A stretch of 45,403 nucleotides of DNA from Clostridia bacterium (GCA_017533425.1 JAFXIE010000046.1:1-45403), one strand, 5' to 3'. Numbered from the stretch's first letter, positions 35,645-45,121 are shown. The notes: generated by a model not told the origin, from the letters alone. Made by a program: numbers and translations.

Positions 35645-36910
35645 CTATTTGTTCAGCGCCGCTGCGATGGCTTCCGCATCCAGGGCGCAGGCGGTCTTTT
35701 CGCCGGTGCGCATATCCTTGATCTCGATCTCGCCGGCATCCAGCTCATTTCCGCCGACGACGGCCACCGCCGCCGCGCCGGACTTGTCGGCATATTTCAT
35801 CTGCGCCTTCAGGGATCTTGCGCAGGTATCCCGCTCGCAGGAAATGCCCGCACGGCGCAGCGCATGGACCAGCACCTGCACGCGCTCATCCGCCGCCGGA
35901 TCGGCGCAGGCGATAAACAGCCGGGTGGGCTCCGCCTCCGGGAAGGGAATGCCGAGGCTGTCCATCACCATCATCAGGCGCTCAATGCCGCTGCCAAAGC
36001 CAAGGCCGGGCATATCCGGACCGCCGATCTCGCGGACAAGACCGTCATACCGGCCGCCGCCGCAGACGGTGCCCTGGGCGCCGATATTTTCCGAAACAAA
36101 TTCAAAAACCGTCTTGGTGTAATAATCCAGACCGCGGACGATGTTGGGATCGATCTCAAAGTCGATGCCCATGGCAGTGAGATACTTCTGCACGGCGGCA
36201 AAATGCTCCCGGCATTCCTCGCACAGGTAATCCACGCAGTGGGGAGCCCCGGCGGCGATGGATTTGCAGATGTCGGACTTGCAGTCCAGCACACGCATGG
36301 GGTTTTTCTCCAGCCGGGAAAGGCAGGTGCAGCAAAGCTCATCCTTGCGCTCGGAAAGATAGTCCTTCAGCGCCGCATGGTACTCCTTGCGGCAGACGGG
36401 GCAGCCGATGGAGTTGATGTGCACACGGATATTGTGGATGCCGAGCCTGGAAAGGAAGGTATCCGCAAGGCCGATGACCTCCGCATCCTGCACGGGGCTC
36501 CTGGAGCCGAAGACCTCGACGCCAAACTGATGATGCTCCCGCAGGCGGCCGGCCTGGGGCTTTTCATAGCGGAAGTTGGGGGCGATGTAGAAGCACTTGA
36601 AGGGCAGCGTACCGCCGGCAAGGCCATGCTCGATAAAGCTGCGGGCGACGGAGGCTGTTCCCTCCGGCCGCAGGGTGATGGAACGTCCGCCCTTGTCCTC
36701 AAAGGTGTACATCTCCTTCTGCACCACGTCGGTGGTATCCCCTACGCCCCGCAGAAAGAGCTCGGTATGCTCAATGGTGGGGAAACGGATTTCGCGGAAG
36801 CCGAAATCCGCCGCGCAGTCGCGCAGCACCTTTTCAATATATTGCCATTTGACGGCCTCCGAGGGTAAAACATCGTGGGTTCCCTTCGGAGCCTGAATCA
36901 TAACTGCCAT
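35645..36910 (-). CDS. hisS: Histidine--tRNA ligase
   Basis: LRPEGTA, FRYEKPQAGRLREHHQ, VRGLDYYT, GGGRYDGL. Confidence 0.98.
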   Translation of the reverse strand: MAVMIQAPKGTHDVLPSEAVKWQYIEKVLRDCAADFGFREIRFPTIEHTELFLRGVGDTTDVVQKEMYTFEDKGGRSITLRPEGTASVARSFIEHGLAGGTLPFKCFYIAPNFRYEKPQAGRLREHHQFGVEVFGSRSPVQDAEVIGLADTFLSRLGIHNIRVHINSIGCPVCRKEYHAALKDYLSERKDELCCTCLSRLEKNPMRVLDCKSDICKSIAAGAPHCVDYLCEECREHFAAVQKYLTAMGIDFEIDPNIVRGLDYYTKTVFEFVSENIGAQGTVCGGGRYDGLVREIGGPDMPGLGFGSGIERLMMVMDSLGIPFPEAEPTRLFIACADPAADERVQVLVHALRRAGISCERDTCARSLKAQMKYADKSGAAAVAVVGGNELDAGEIEIKDMRTGEKTACALDAEAIAAALNK

Positions 36911-36974
36911 GAAGAAACGCTCTCCTCTTCCCGGACGGCGCATGGGCACACGTCCGCACAATAACACTCATAAC

Positions 36975-37003
36975 ATTATACGATTTTCCTTACATATTGT
37001 CAA
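36975..37003 (-). promoter_or_regulatory. sigma-A promoter of hisS
   Basis: Perfect TTGACA-17-TATAAT on the minus strand. Confidence 0.85.
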
Positions 37004-37073
37004 GGACAGGCTGATCTATAATTTGTAAACAATGATACAATCCATGAATTTTTTCATCCTTTTCCTTCCCCGC

Positions 37074-37102
37074 TTGCACTTCGGCAAAAGGTGGTGTATA
37101 AT
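37074..37102 (+). promoter_or_regulatory. sigma-A promoter of the oxidoreductase
   Basis: TTGCAC-17-TATAAT. Confidence 0.7.
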
Positions 37103-37153
37103 GAGGGCAGCGGATACCCGACTCTATGAAAAAAGGAAGGTTCAAATCGTCCT

Positions 37154-38320
37154 ATGGATCTCGTAAGAATCGGAATCATCGGTATCGGCAACATGGGCTC
37201 CAACCACATGAACAATATCGAGGAAAAGCAGAACATCCCCGGCGCAAAGGTCACCGCGGTCTGCGATCTTCGGCAGGAGCGTCTTTCCATCGCCCGCGAA
37301 AAGTACGGCGATGCCATGACCTATTTTACCGATGCAGATGAAATGATGAAGAGCGGCCTCATCGATGCCGTTATCATCGCCACCCCCCATTACGCACACC
37401 CCGTATACGCCCTGAAGGCTCTCAAGGCCGGCCTGCATGTGCTCTGCGAAAAGCCCGCCGGCGTGGATGCAAAGTCCGTCGCCGAGGTCAATGCCTATGC
37501 CGAGTCCTGCGGCCTGGTTTACGGCGTTATGTTCAACCAGCGCACCAATCCCCTCTATCAGAAGCTGCGGGAAATGGTTCAGTCCGGTGAGCTCGGCGCC
37601 ATCAAGCGCGTCAACTGGATCATCACCGACTGGTACCGCTCCCAGAGCTACTACGATTCCGGCGGATGGCGCGCCACCTGGTCCGGCGAGGGCGGCGGCG
37701 TTCTCATGAACCAGGATCCCCATCAGCTCGACCTGATGCAGTGGATCTTCGGCATGCCCAAGCGCGTTCGCGCCTTCATGTATTACGGCAAGTTCCACAA
37801 CATCGAGGTTGAGGACGATGTGACCGCATATCTCGAGTATGAAAACGGCGCCACCGGCCTCTTTGTCACCGGCACCGGCGAAGCCCCCGGCACCAATCGC
37901 CTGGAGGTTTCCTGCGATATGGGTAAGATCGTTGTGGAAGGCGGCGAGATCAAGTTCTGGAAGAACGAGATGAACGAGCGCGAATTCAACGCCACCTGGA
38001 CCAAGGGCTTTGGTGCCCCCAAGAACGAGCTGACCAAGCCCGAGGTCGTGGGCGAAAACCTGCAGCACACCGGCATTCTCCGCAACTGGACCAATGCCAT
38101 CCTCAACGGCACGCCCCTCATGGCCCCCGGTGTTGAGGGCATCAACGGCGTTCGCCTGGCCAATGCCTTCTATGTTTCCGCATGGACCGATTCCTGGGTG
38201 GATATGCCCGCCGATGAGGAGCTTTATCTGAAGCTGCTTGGCGAGCGCAAAGCCGCCAGCACCGGCAAGACCGTTGAGGAAAAGACCCTCGACGTGGACG
38301 GAACCTACGGCAGCAAATAA
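37154..38320 (+). CDS. Gfo/Idh/MocA family oxidoreductase
   Basis: GIIGIGNMG, IATPHYAH, HVLCEKP, GGGVLMNQDPHQLD. Confidence 0.92.
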   Translation: MDLVRIGIIGIGNMGSNHMNNIEEKQNIPGAKVTAVCDLRQERLSIAREKYGDAMTYFTDADEMMKSGLIDAVIIATPHYAHPVYALKALKAGLHVLCEKPAGVDAKSVAEVNAYAESCGLVYGVMFNQRTNPLYQKLREMVQSGELGAIKRVNWIITDWYRSQSYYDSGGWRATWSGEGGGVLMNQDPHQLDLMQWIFGMPKRVRAFMYYGKFHNIEVEDDVTAYLEYENGATGLFVTGTGEAPGTNRLEVSCDMGKIVVEGGEIKFWKNEMNEREFNATWTKGFGAPKNELTKPEVVGENLQHTGILRNWTNAILNGTPLMAPGVEGINGVRLANAFYVSAWTDSWVDMPADEELYLKLLGERKAASTGKTVEEKTLDVDGTYGSK

Positions 38321-38339
38321 TATAACCTTTTTCACATGC

Positions 38340-38375
38340 GAAAGGACAGAGATCGATCTCTGTCCTTTCTTTTTT
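38340..38375. terminator. Bidirectional terminator
   Basis: gaaaggacagagatcgatctctgtcctttc palindrome plus T run. Confidence 0.8.
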
Positions 38376-39114
38376 ACGCCTCTGCCCCAAGCTCCGGAAA
38401 GTCTCTGTACCCATCCGGGAATCTGACCGTTACCGGCTGCTGCGGATCTCGGATGAGAAGGGTCACATCCGCCGCGGCGGAAAACTGCCTGCCGCCGGCA
38501 TTGCCCGTCAGGGTAAAGGAGAGATTTCCCGCCCGGACATATCCCGCCTCCACGGCAAATTCAATTTCCGCATTTCCGAAGGAAAGGTCGGAAATCTCAT
38601 TTCCCGCAAAGCCTGCAGCAAGCTCGGCAAAGCTTCCGTAGAGGCTCTGAAACTGCGCATCCGTCGGCCGAATGCGGATGAGGGTATCCTCCTCGCGGAC
38701 GATGACCTCCGCCTTCTCCCAGAGATCATTCTGCGCGGGAATCAAGAGCTCCGGCAGGGCGGAGAGCATATCCGAATCCGTATCCTTTACGCGGTATTTC
38801 TCATCCCCGACAACGGTGTAGGTCCACTCACCCTCCCGGTAGATCTCCATGCGCAGTTCCTCCGCCTCCAGCAGACCTGCCATGCGCAGATCCTCTCCCT
38901 GCAGCCCCTCGGCACTGAAATCCAGCGCCACCGGCACCGAGATCGACGTCTCCCCATCCTCAAAATCCAGCCGCAGCTGCATTCTGCCCGAGAGGGCATC
39001 CAGCGCCGCCATATTTTTTGAGGCATCCAGCATAATTTTCTCCGGCGTCATGGCTGCCGTGCAGCCGCAGAGAAGCAATGCCGCCGCAAGCAGAATGAAA
39101 AGCATTCGTTTCAT
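38374..39114 (-). CDS. Hypothetical lipoprotein (possibly LolA/LppX-like beta fold)
   Basis: Lipobox LCGC, beta-rich body, 'VTVRFPDGY' end. Confidence 0.65.
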   Translation of the reverse strand: MKRMLFILLAAALLLCGCTAAMTPEKIMLDASKNMAALDALSGRMQLRLDFEDGETSISVPVALDFSAEGLQGEDLRMAGLLEAEELRMEIYREGEWTYTVVGDEKYRVKDTDSDMLSALPELLIPAQNDLWEKAEVIVREEDTLIRIRPTDAQFQSLYGSFAELAAGFAGNEISDLSFGNAEIEFAVEAGYVRAGNLSFTLTGNAGGRQFSAAADVTLLIRDPQQPVTVRFPDGYRDFPELGAEA

Positions 39115-39161
39115 AAAAAAATCACCTCTTCCCCATTATTCCCGGAAAAGAGGTGATTTTT
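39115..39161 (-). terminator. Terminator-like hairpin containing the RBS of the downstream gene
   Basis: aaaatcacctctt/aagaggtgatttt inverted repeat ending at the ATG. Confidence 0.6.
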
Positions 39162-39181
39162 CTATGCAAATTTTTGAAAAG

Positions 39182-40693
39182 TTACAGTCGGGTCGGGCGG
39201 AGAATGCAGCTCTCCCCCACCGGGGTGATGATAAATTCCCCTGCATCGCCGTCGGCGACGGCGGCATTTTCGATGCGCAGAGCGTAGGCAAAGCCGCGAT
39301 GGTTATAATAGAGAGTGTTATCCTCCCGGCGGATCTCGGTATCGGGCTTTCCGGGGCGGAAGATCAGGCGGGGCGCGCAAACGCACACAGCGTCCTCGCA
39401 GAAGTTCACCCACTTATCTCCCCAGCGCACCGTAAGCTCGCCCTCACCGCGCTTTTCGGCAGAAAACTCGCTTCCCTCGGTATCCAGAATGATGCCGCAG
39501 GTGCGGTCGGTTTTATCCGTCCAGTTCTGGGTGTTCATGAGGGGCAGATTGTCATACACCGCATCAAATGTGGTGCAGACATCCTCAAGATAGCGCTCGG
39601 CATAGCGCTCATCAAAGAGGAAGAAGGCGCGAATGCTCACGCGGTCTTCATGGCGGATGATATTTGCCATGTAATTCTCGCAGTCATAATAGACCGACTG
39701 GACGTCCTCGCCATCCCAGTTATCCAGCGCAACAACCGCGGTGGCCGGCGTCTTGGTGCCGTACATTTTCTTGAAGGCCTCGCCGGTTTTGCTCATTTTT
39801 TCAATGCGGACATCTTTGAGTTCGGCCAGCTCCTCAAACTGCATCCGCAGACCGGGCATGAATTTCTTCCAGCCGAAGCTGTTTTCCTGGCCGAGCTGGG
39901 CATAGGAGAATCCGAGATCCTCATTTTCAAAATAGGTGCGGAAGAACCACCGCACGGCATCGCGGTCCTTTCCGGTATGCCAGATGGGCTCCAGCGTGCA
40001 GGGGGTCACCCTGTTTCGCTCAAAGCTCTGCATGTACTTCTTGTTCTCATAATTATGCACCGGGCAGGGGCCGAGCAGGCGGAGCATGGGCACGTTCACG
40101 CGCTCCTCCGCCGTCTGGGCGGGGGAAAACATATTCTTTCGTGCGGGAAAATAGCCCTGGTTAAAATAGCCGCCGATGAGGGTATAGGCGTCGGTGTTGA
40201 CCTGATCGCGGCAGTTTGCAAAGGCGGAAATGTCATAATGATCGGCAAGGTAGGCAATGGTATGGGAATCCATCAGCCAGCTCGCCACCGTTTTGGGATA
40301 GTATCCGAAAACCTCTTTGAATTTTCTCATGGCCTCGTCGATGAGAAGCTCCCGCTCCCGCGGGGTGTAGGCCATGGAAAAGCCGGGGTTGATATGCCAG
40401 TCCCACTGATACCCAAGCTCGCTGCGGTACGGCAGCCCCACGGCATCGCACAGGGGCTTTACGATCTCATACCACAGACCGAGCTCGGTCTTCTCCGTGG
40501 CCTTTTCCGCAAAGAGCTTCTGATAGCGCTCGGAAATGACGGCATCATACTGCAGGAGAAAGGTGTTTTCATAGCCGTATTCATTGCAGAGATCCAGTTC
40601 CATCTCCGTAGACTCAAATTGATACTCTACGCTGTCGCAATCCATTCGCTCGTCGATATAGCGGACAAAATTCATGATGTTGATGCATTTCAT
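39182..40693 (-). CDS. Hypothetical protein, probable carbohydrate-active (beta/alpha)-barrel
   Basis: 503 aa, RBS AAGGAG, host codon usage. TFLLQYDA, ELGLWYE and FKEVFGYYPKTVASW recall the glycoside hydrolase/deacetylase barrel. Confidence 0.6.
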   Translation of the reverse strand: MKCINIMNFVRYIDERMDCDSVEYQFESTEMELDLCNEYGYENTFLLQYDAVISERYQKLFAEKATEKTELGLWYEIVKPLCDAVGLPYRSELGYQWDWHINPGFSMAYTPRERELLIDEAMRKFKEVFGYYPKTVASWLMDSHTIAYLADHYDISAFANCRDQVNTDAYTLIGGYFNQGYFPARKNMFSPAQTAEERVNVPMLRLLGPCPVHNYENKKYMQSFERNRVTPCTLEPIWHTGKDRDAVRWFFRTYFENEDLGFSYAQLGQENSFGWKKFMPGLRMQFEELAELKDVRIEKMSKTGEAFKKMYGTKTPATAVVALDNWDGEDVQSVYYDCENYMANIIRHEDRVSIRAFFLFDERYAERYLEDVCTTFDAVYDNLPLMNTQNWTDKTDRTCGIILDTEGSEFSAEKRGEGELTVRWGDKWVNFCEDAVCVCAPRLIFRPGKPDTEIRREDNTLYYNHRGFAYALRIENAAVADGDAGEFIITPVGESCILRPTRL

Positions 40694-40697
40694 GGTT

Positions 40698-41516
40698 TTA
40701 ATCTCCTTTATGTCTCAGCATATCCCGCAGCCGGCTTACGGCAGCGAAGGCACGCCGCAGGTATTCCTCGCAGCCCATCCCGGCATAATAATCCGGCCGG
40801 GGGCCGGAAAGCTCCAGCGTCAGCGGGCCGCAATATTCATTCTCCGCAAGGTGGCGAACGCGGGCAGAAAAATCAATGCCGCCATCAAAGGGAATGAGAT
40901 GAATATCCCCGTTATGCACGCAGAAGTTGTCGTGGATGTGGGTGTAGACCGCCTTTTTGCCAAACATCGGCATATAGGCAAAGCCGGGACCAAGGGCGGA
41001 TTCATGCCCCATATCCCAGCAGAAGCGCACATTTGGCACATCCGCATAGGTTTCAAACATATATGCGAGGTTTGCAAGCTTTCTCTGGTTCTCCAGGGCA
41101 AGGGTCACACCGAGCTTCACCGCGCAATTCACCAGCCGGTCATACCGCGCCCGGCCGATATCGGTGATGGGGGGCGCCGCATCGCCGGAGCTCATATGCA
41201 TGACCACAACGGGAATGCCGTGGTCAGCGGCATCCTTGAGGGTATCGCAGAATTCCGCAAGCACCGCATCGCCCTTTTCTCCCGGAAGCCACATCTCGTT
41301 TACCGGGGCATAGGGCGCATGCAGCGAGGAGTAGGTCAGCCCGTGCTTTGCGGCAAGGCTTGCAAAAAGCGCCGTCTCTTCCCTGTCCCGGCGGACGGAA
41401 AAGAAGCCGTCAAAGCCGATTTCCGCAATCAACCGGCAGAATTCTTCCCGGGTCAGGCCGTATTTTGTTTCATAATCCCAGTAGTAGTTGGTTCCCAGCG
41501 GATTCATTTCTTTCAT
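40698..41516 (-). CDS. Sugar phosphate isomerase/epimerase family TIM barrel
   Basis: LHAPY, LALEN, CWDMGH, THIHDN..DIHLIPFDG, LTLE. Confidence 0.85.
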   Translation of the reverse strand: MKEMNPLGTNYYWDYETKYGLTREEFCRLIAEIGFDGFFSVRRDREETALFASLAAKHGLTYSSLHAPYAPVNEMWLPGEKGDAVLAEFCDTLKDAADHGIPVVVMHMSSGDAAPPITDIGRARYDRLVNCAVKLGVTLALENQRKLANLAYMFETYADVPNVRFCWDMGHESALGPGFAYMPMFGKKAVYTHIHDNFCVHNGDIHLIPFDGGIDFSARVRHLAENEYCGPLTLELSGPRPDYYAGMGCEEYLRRAFAAVSRLRDMLRHKGD

Positions 41517-42100
41517 CCTTCCCGCACTTTGGCATAAACGCGCATGCCTGTGCCGTGGTCGCGCACCAGTATATCCCCGGGCAGGCGCAGGAATCGGAGA
41601 GTGACATAAAAATCGCCCGCGGCGCCGGAAATATTGATGATCTGCAGGATCCAGACAATCCAGAACCATTCCACCGGCACAAGGGGGTTGACAAGGGCGA
41701 TCACCGACCCCAGAAGGACAACCGGCGCCAGCGCGATGAAAATATAGGGCACCTTGGGGTAATAGTCGTCGCTGCCGGCAAAGGCATACATGCCCGTGAA
41801 GCCGTAACGAATCTTCTTCGTGCCGCAGAGCTTCATGGCAATGCCATGGGTAAGCTCATGGAGCACCATATATAGAACCATCAGCACAAGAAGAGCCGCA
41901 AACCGCAGCCCGTAGGCCAGCAGCCCCTGCTCCATGGAAAACATGCTGCCGATGGGGACGACAAAATGCATCGGCACCGCCATCAGGACACCAATAAGCA
42001 CCGCCAGCAGATTGACAAAGAGCATCAGCTTCTTATCCTTCTGCAGATCCACACACAGGATTTCGCCATAGCCTTCGGGTAGGTTATTGTATACTCGCAT
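41513..42100 (-). CDS. DUF3267-like membrane zincin peptidase
   Basis: HELTHG (HExxH) within TMs, IALAP, NISGAAGDFY. Confidence 0.8.
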   Translation of the reverse strand: MRVYNNLPEGYGEILCVDLQKDKKLMLFVNLLAVLIGVLMAVPMHFVVPIGSMFSMEQGLLAYGLRFAALLVLMVLYMVLHELTHGIAMKLCGTKKIRYGFTGMYAFAGSDDYYPKVPYIFIALAPVVLLGSVIALVNPLVPVEWFWIVWILQIINISGAAGDFYVTLRFLRLPGDILVRDHGTGMRVYAKVREG

Positions 42101-42152
42101 TTTGGTTTCTTCTCCACACATAGAGATTTTAAACTATTATACTACAGAAACA

Positions 42153-42173
42153 GAGCCTGCGCAAGGCAGGCTC
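42153..42173 (-). terminator. Probable terminator after the M20 peptidase
   Basis: gagcctgc/gcaggctc stem. Confidence 0.55.
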
Positions 42174-42190
42174 CGAATACCCATCTAATA

Positions 42191-43627
42191 TTACAGCGAG
42201 CGCATCAGACGGATAAAGAACTCCACCGAGCGATGCAGACAGTCAATGCGGATTCGCTCATTGTTTCCGTGGATGGTTGCGCGCTCCTCTGCGGTGAGGT
42301 CCATAGCGGAAAAGCGGTAAACCCGGTTGCAGATGCGATCGTAATGGCGGCTGTCGGAGCACTGCACCATGAGGTAGGGGGAAACGAGGCAGCCCTGCCA
42401 GGTGGCAGAAACTGCGGCCTCCACCTTTCGGTAGGCATCGCACTCCGTCTCGGAAATCCGGCTGGGATTCATGCCGTCAATCGCAGAAACCTCGACTGTG
42501 GAATCCTTCAGGCAATCGTTGAGATAGGAAAGGGCAGAATCCGTCGTATCGCAGGGGTTCAGCCGCAGATTTGCCACCATTTCCGCCTTCGGCGGTATGA
42601 CATTCGGCGCATTGGATCCCTTCATCTGGGTGAAGGCAACCGTAGTGCGCATCAGCGCGTTGAGCTCGCCGCCGCTCATGCGGCAGATGATATCCAGCAC
42701 CGGCGCAAAGAGCCAGAGGTTTGCAAAAATCATCCGATACACAAAGGTGGAATGCCGGCCGAGGGTATCAAAGAGCTTTTCCACCGGTGGGGTAACATGG
42801 AAGGCAAAGGGCTTATTCAAAATGCGCAGGCAGGCGCGGGACAGGCGCTCCACCGGGGAACCGGGGCGAGGTGCTGATGCATGGCCGCCGCCGGAGGCCA
42901 CCGTAAATTTTGCGTTGATCATGCCCTTTTCGGCAATGCCGATCAGTCCGCAGGGAGCCGAAACGCCGGGGAACACATTTTCCACCACGGCGCCGCCTTC
43001 ATCCAGCACCAGATCCGGGGTGATCTTCTCCTGCTCAAACCACTCCACAATGCGCAGCGCGCCGGGACCGTTGATCTCCTCCCCGCCGGAGAAGGCAAAA
43101 TAGACATCCTTTTCCGGCTGGAAACCCGAGGCAATCAGGGCATCCGCCGCGGAGAGAATGCCGTTCATGGTCACCTTGGTATCGAGCGTTCCGCGTCCCC
43201 AGAGTACGCCGTCCTCGATCTGCGCTTCAAAGGCGGGCTTATCCCAGCTCTCCGCATCCACCGGCACGACATCGTAATGAGCCATCAGGACGGAAGGATT
43301 GCCTTCTTCCCTGCCCTTCCAGCGAAGGAGCAGCGCCCTGTCGGGAAGCTTTCCTGCCGCACAGGCAGAAAAAACATTGGGATAGAGTTTCGGCAGGATG
43401 GACAGAAGCTTTTCGAACTCCGCATCGTCCTCTTCTTCCTTATTCCGGCTGGAGACCGTTCTGCAGCGCACCAGCGCCTGCAGGCATTTTACCGCACGCT
43501 CGCGGTCAAATTCTACCGGCTCGGCGGGGATTTCCTCCCGCTCCTCCGGCTTGAAGCGCAGGGTACGCACAACAACCACAGCAGCAAGGGCCAAGAGAGC
43601 CGCAAGCAGCAAAAGTAAGATCCACAT
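42191..43627 (-). CDS. M20 family metallopeptidase/amidohydrolase (carboxypeptidase S / PM20D1-like)
   Basis: AHYDVVP, WGRGTLDTK, GGEE, LDEGG, GGHASAP, IHGNNERI; N-terminal anchor. Confidence 0.92.
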   Translation of the reverse strand: MWILLLLLAALLALAAVVVVRTLRFKPEEREEIPAEPVEFDRERAVKCLQALVRCRTVSSRNKEEEDDAEFEKLLSILPKLYPNVFSACAAGKLPDRALLLRWKGREEGNPSVLMAHYDVVPVDAESWDKPAFEAQIEDGVLWGRGTLDTKVTMNGILSAADALIASGFQPEKDVYFAFSGGEEINGPGALRIVEWFEQEKITPDLVLDEGGAVVENVFPGVSAPCGLIGIAEKGMINAKFTVASGGGHASAPRPGSPVERLSRACLRILNKPFAFHVTPPVEKLFDTLGRHSTFVYRMIFANLWLFAPVLDIICRMSGGELNALMRTTVAFTQMKGSNAPNVIPPKAEMVANLRLNPCDTTDSALSYLNDCLKDSTVEVSAIDGMNPSRISETECDAYRKVEAAVSATWQGCLVSPYLMVQCSDSRHYDRICNRVYRFSAMDLTAEERATIHGNNERIRIDCLHRSVEFFIRLMRSL

Positions 43628-43630
43628 CGT

Positions 43631-44302
43631 TTACAGCCAGCCTTTCTTATACATGATCCGCGCCACCGCCACCGTAAACACAACGCCGACGGGCACCATA
43701 ATTCCGACCGTTCCCGCATTGAGGGCAGGAACCGTAACAAAGAGCGCCAGCATGAGGATAATGGGCGCGATGGAGAGCTTTGCATTCTTGGAGATGAATA
43801 CCACCGCGAGACCTCCAAAGAGAGCCGGGAGGATCATATCAAAGGCGGGTTTCAGCACGGGAGATTCCAGAACCGGGGTCAGAGGAACAATACAAACGAC
43901 GCCGACGATGATGATCAGGGTCGTTACAATGCTGGAGACGGCGATGGCAATGGTAGAGATGACCTCCCCCTCCTCCGAGCTTGCCTTGACCTTGGCGCGC
44001 TCCATGGCGTCAATGGCGCAGGGCAGCTTCAGATTGGAGATATTTCCCGTAATGAAGGAAAGATAGGTTCCGCCGGCGCCGAGCATGGGAACATAGGTAA
44101 AGATCTCAACAAGTCCCACCGCCCAGTACATGGGCGCCGTGGCAATGATACCCTTTGCCAGAACCTTCAGATCGGGCGAGGTGCCGAAGATCAGCATCAC
44201 CAGGGCAGGAAAAAGCAGGATAACGCCGCCAACAACAATGCCCCAGATGCGGCCGTCGCGATGGACGCTGTCCATATACGATAGATTTCTGTTCGCTTTC
44301 AT
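43631..44302 (-). CDS. Conserved membrane protein, partner of DUF5058
   Basis: YVPMLGAGGTYLSFITGNISNLKLPCA; 6-7 TMs. Confidence 0.7.
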   Translation of the reverse strand: MKANRNLSYMDSVHRDGRIWGIVVGGVILLFPALVMLIFGTSPDLKVLAKGIIATAPMYWAVGLVEIFTYVPMLGAGGTYLSFITGNISNLKLPCAIDAMERAKVKASSEEGEVISTIAIAVSSIVTTLIIIVGVVCIVPLTPVLESPVLKPAFDMILPALFGGLAVVFISKNAKLSIAPIILMLALFVTVPALNAGTVGIMVPVGVVFTVAVARIMYKKGWL

Positions 44303-44315
44303 GCGCACCCCTCCT

Positions 44316-45050
44316 TTAACCCAAAAGATTGGTAAAGGGAATGGCCGAGGCCATACCGATCACCAGGCTGAGGGGCAGGGCGTAATCCTCCAGCCAGCGA
44401 ATGCGGAATTTTTTGGCAGAAAGGCCGCAGACGGCCATCACCAGGGCGGATACGACCATCACGCAGACGGGGATGAGACCGCGGGTCTCCCCCTTTGCCA
44501 CGAGGCCGACATCGCAGAAGACATATCCGAGGAAGGCGGAGATCATGCCGAGGAACATGGCGTTGTTGAAGATCTCTCCCCACTTTTTGTCCTTCATGCC
44601 CATCTTGAGCATACCGGTCTGAATGCGCTTTGTCAGGAAGGGAACGAGAATCAGACCGGCGGCAATGCCAATGGTCATAACCCAGAGAACGGTGACGAAA
44701 ACGGAAGGATCTGTGATGGTTTCGCTGCCGGAGAGGCCGGCGGCGGTCAGCGCATTCTGCGCGGCAACATTTTCATAGGTGATCGATCCGATGACCGACA
44801 GCCGCAGCCATGGCAGCGCAATGCCGAGGGACTTTGAGAGCACCACCACACCCACAAGAATGGAGACGGCTGGCGCAACCGTGAAAAGAGCCGCCGAAGA
44901 AACCGTCGCCTTGACCGTCGCAGAAGAAATGCCCAGCTCCTTTGCCCGGCGGCAGGCCTTCAGCAGGAAATAAACCGACTGCGCCAGCACCACAGCAATA
45001 ATTGCTCCGACAATCACAAAGAGTATCGGATGATTTACACTGAATTTCAA
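44316..45050 (-). CDS. DUF5058-like membrane protein
   Basis: LPWLRLSVIGSITYE and WLEDYALPLSLVIGM motifs. TTG start after AGGAGG. Confidence 0.75.
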   Translation of the reverse strand: MKFSVNHPILFVIVGAIIAVVLAQSVYFLLKACRRAKELGISSATVKATVSSAALFTVAPAVSILVGVVVLSKSLGIALPWLRLSVIGSITYENVAAQNALTAAGLSGSETITDPSVFVTVLWVMTIGIAAGLILVPFLTKRIQTGMLKMGMKDKKWGEIFNNAMFLGMISAFLGYVFCDVGLVAKGETRGLIPVCVMVVSALVMAVCGLSAKKFRIRWLEDYALPLSLVIGMASAIPFTNLLG

Positions 45051-45081
45051 AAGATTGCTCCTCCTGTATTTTCTTATGTTA

Positions 45082-45110
45082 ATTATATAATCGAGAGACC
45101 CGATTGTCAA
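45082..45110 (-). promoter_or_regulatory. sigma-A promoter of the DUF5058 operon
   Basis: Perfect TTGACA-17-TATAAT on the minus strand. Confidence 0.85.
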
Positions 45111-45121
45111 ACCCCGTTAAG

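Noticed and set aside
36220-36410. Cys-rich segment in HisRS as a novelty
   Set aside because: To my knowledge CxxC-rich insertion domains are common in clostridial HisRS, so it is not distinctive.
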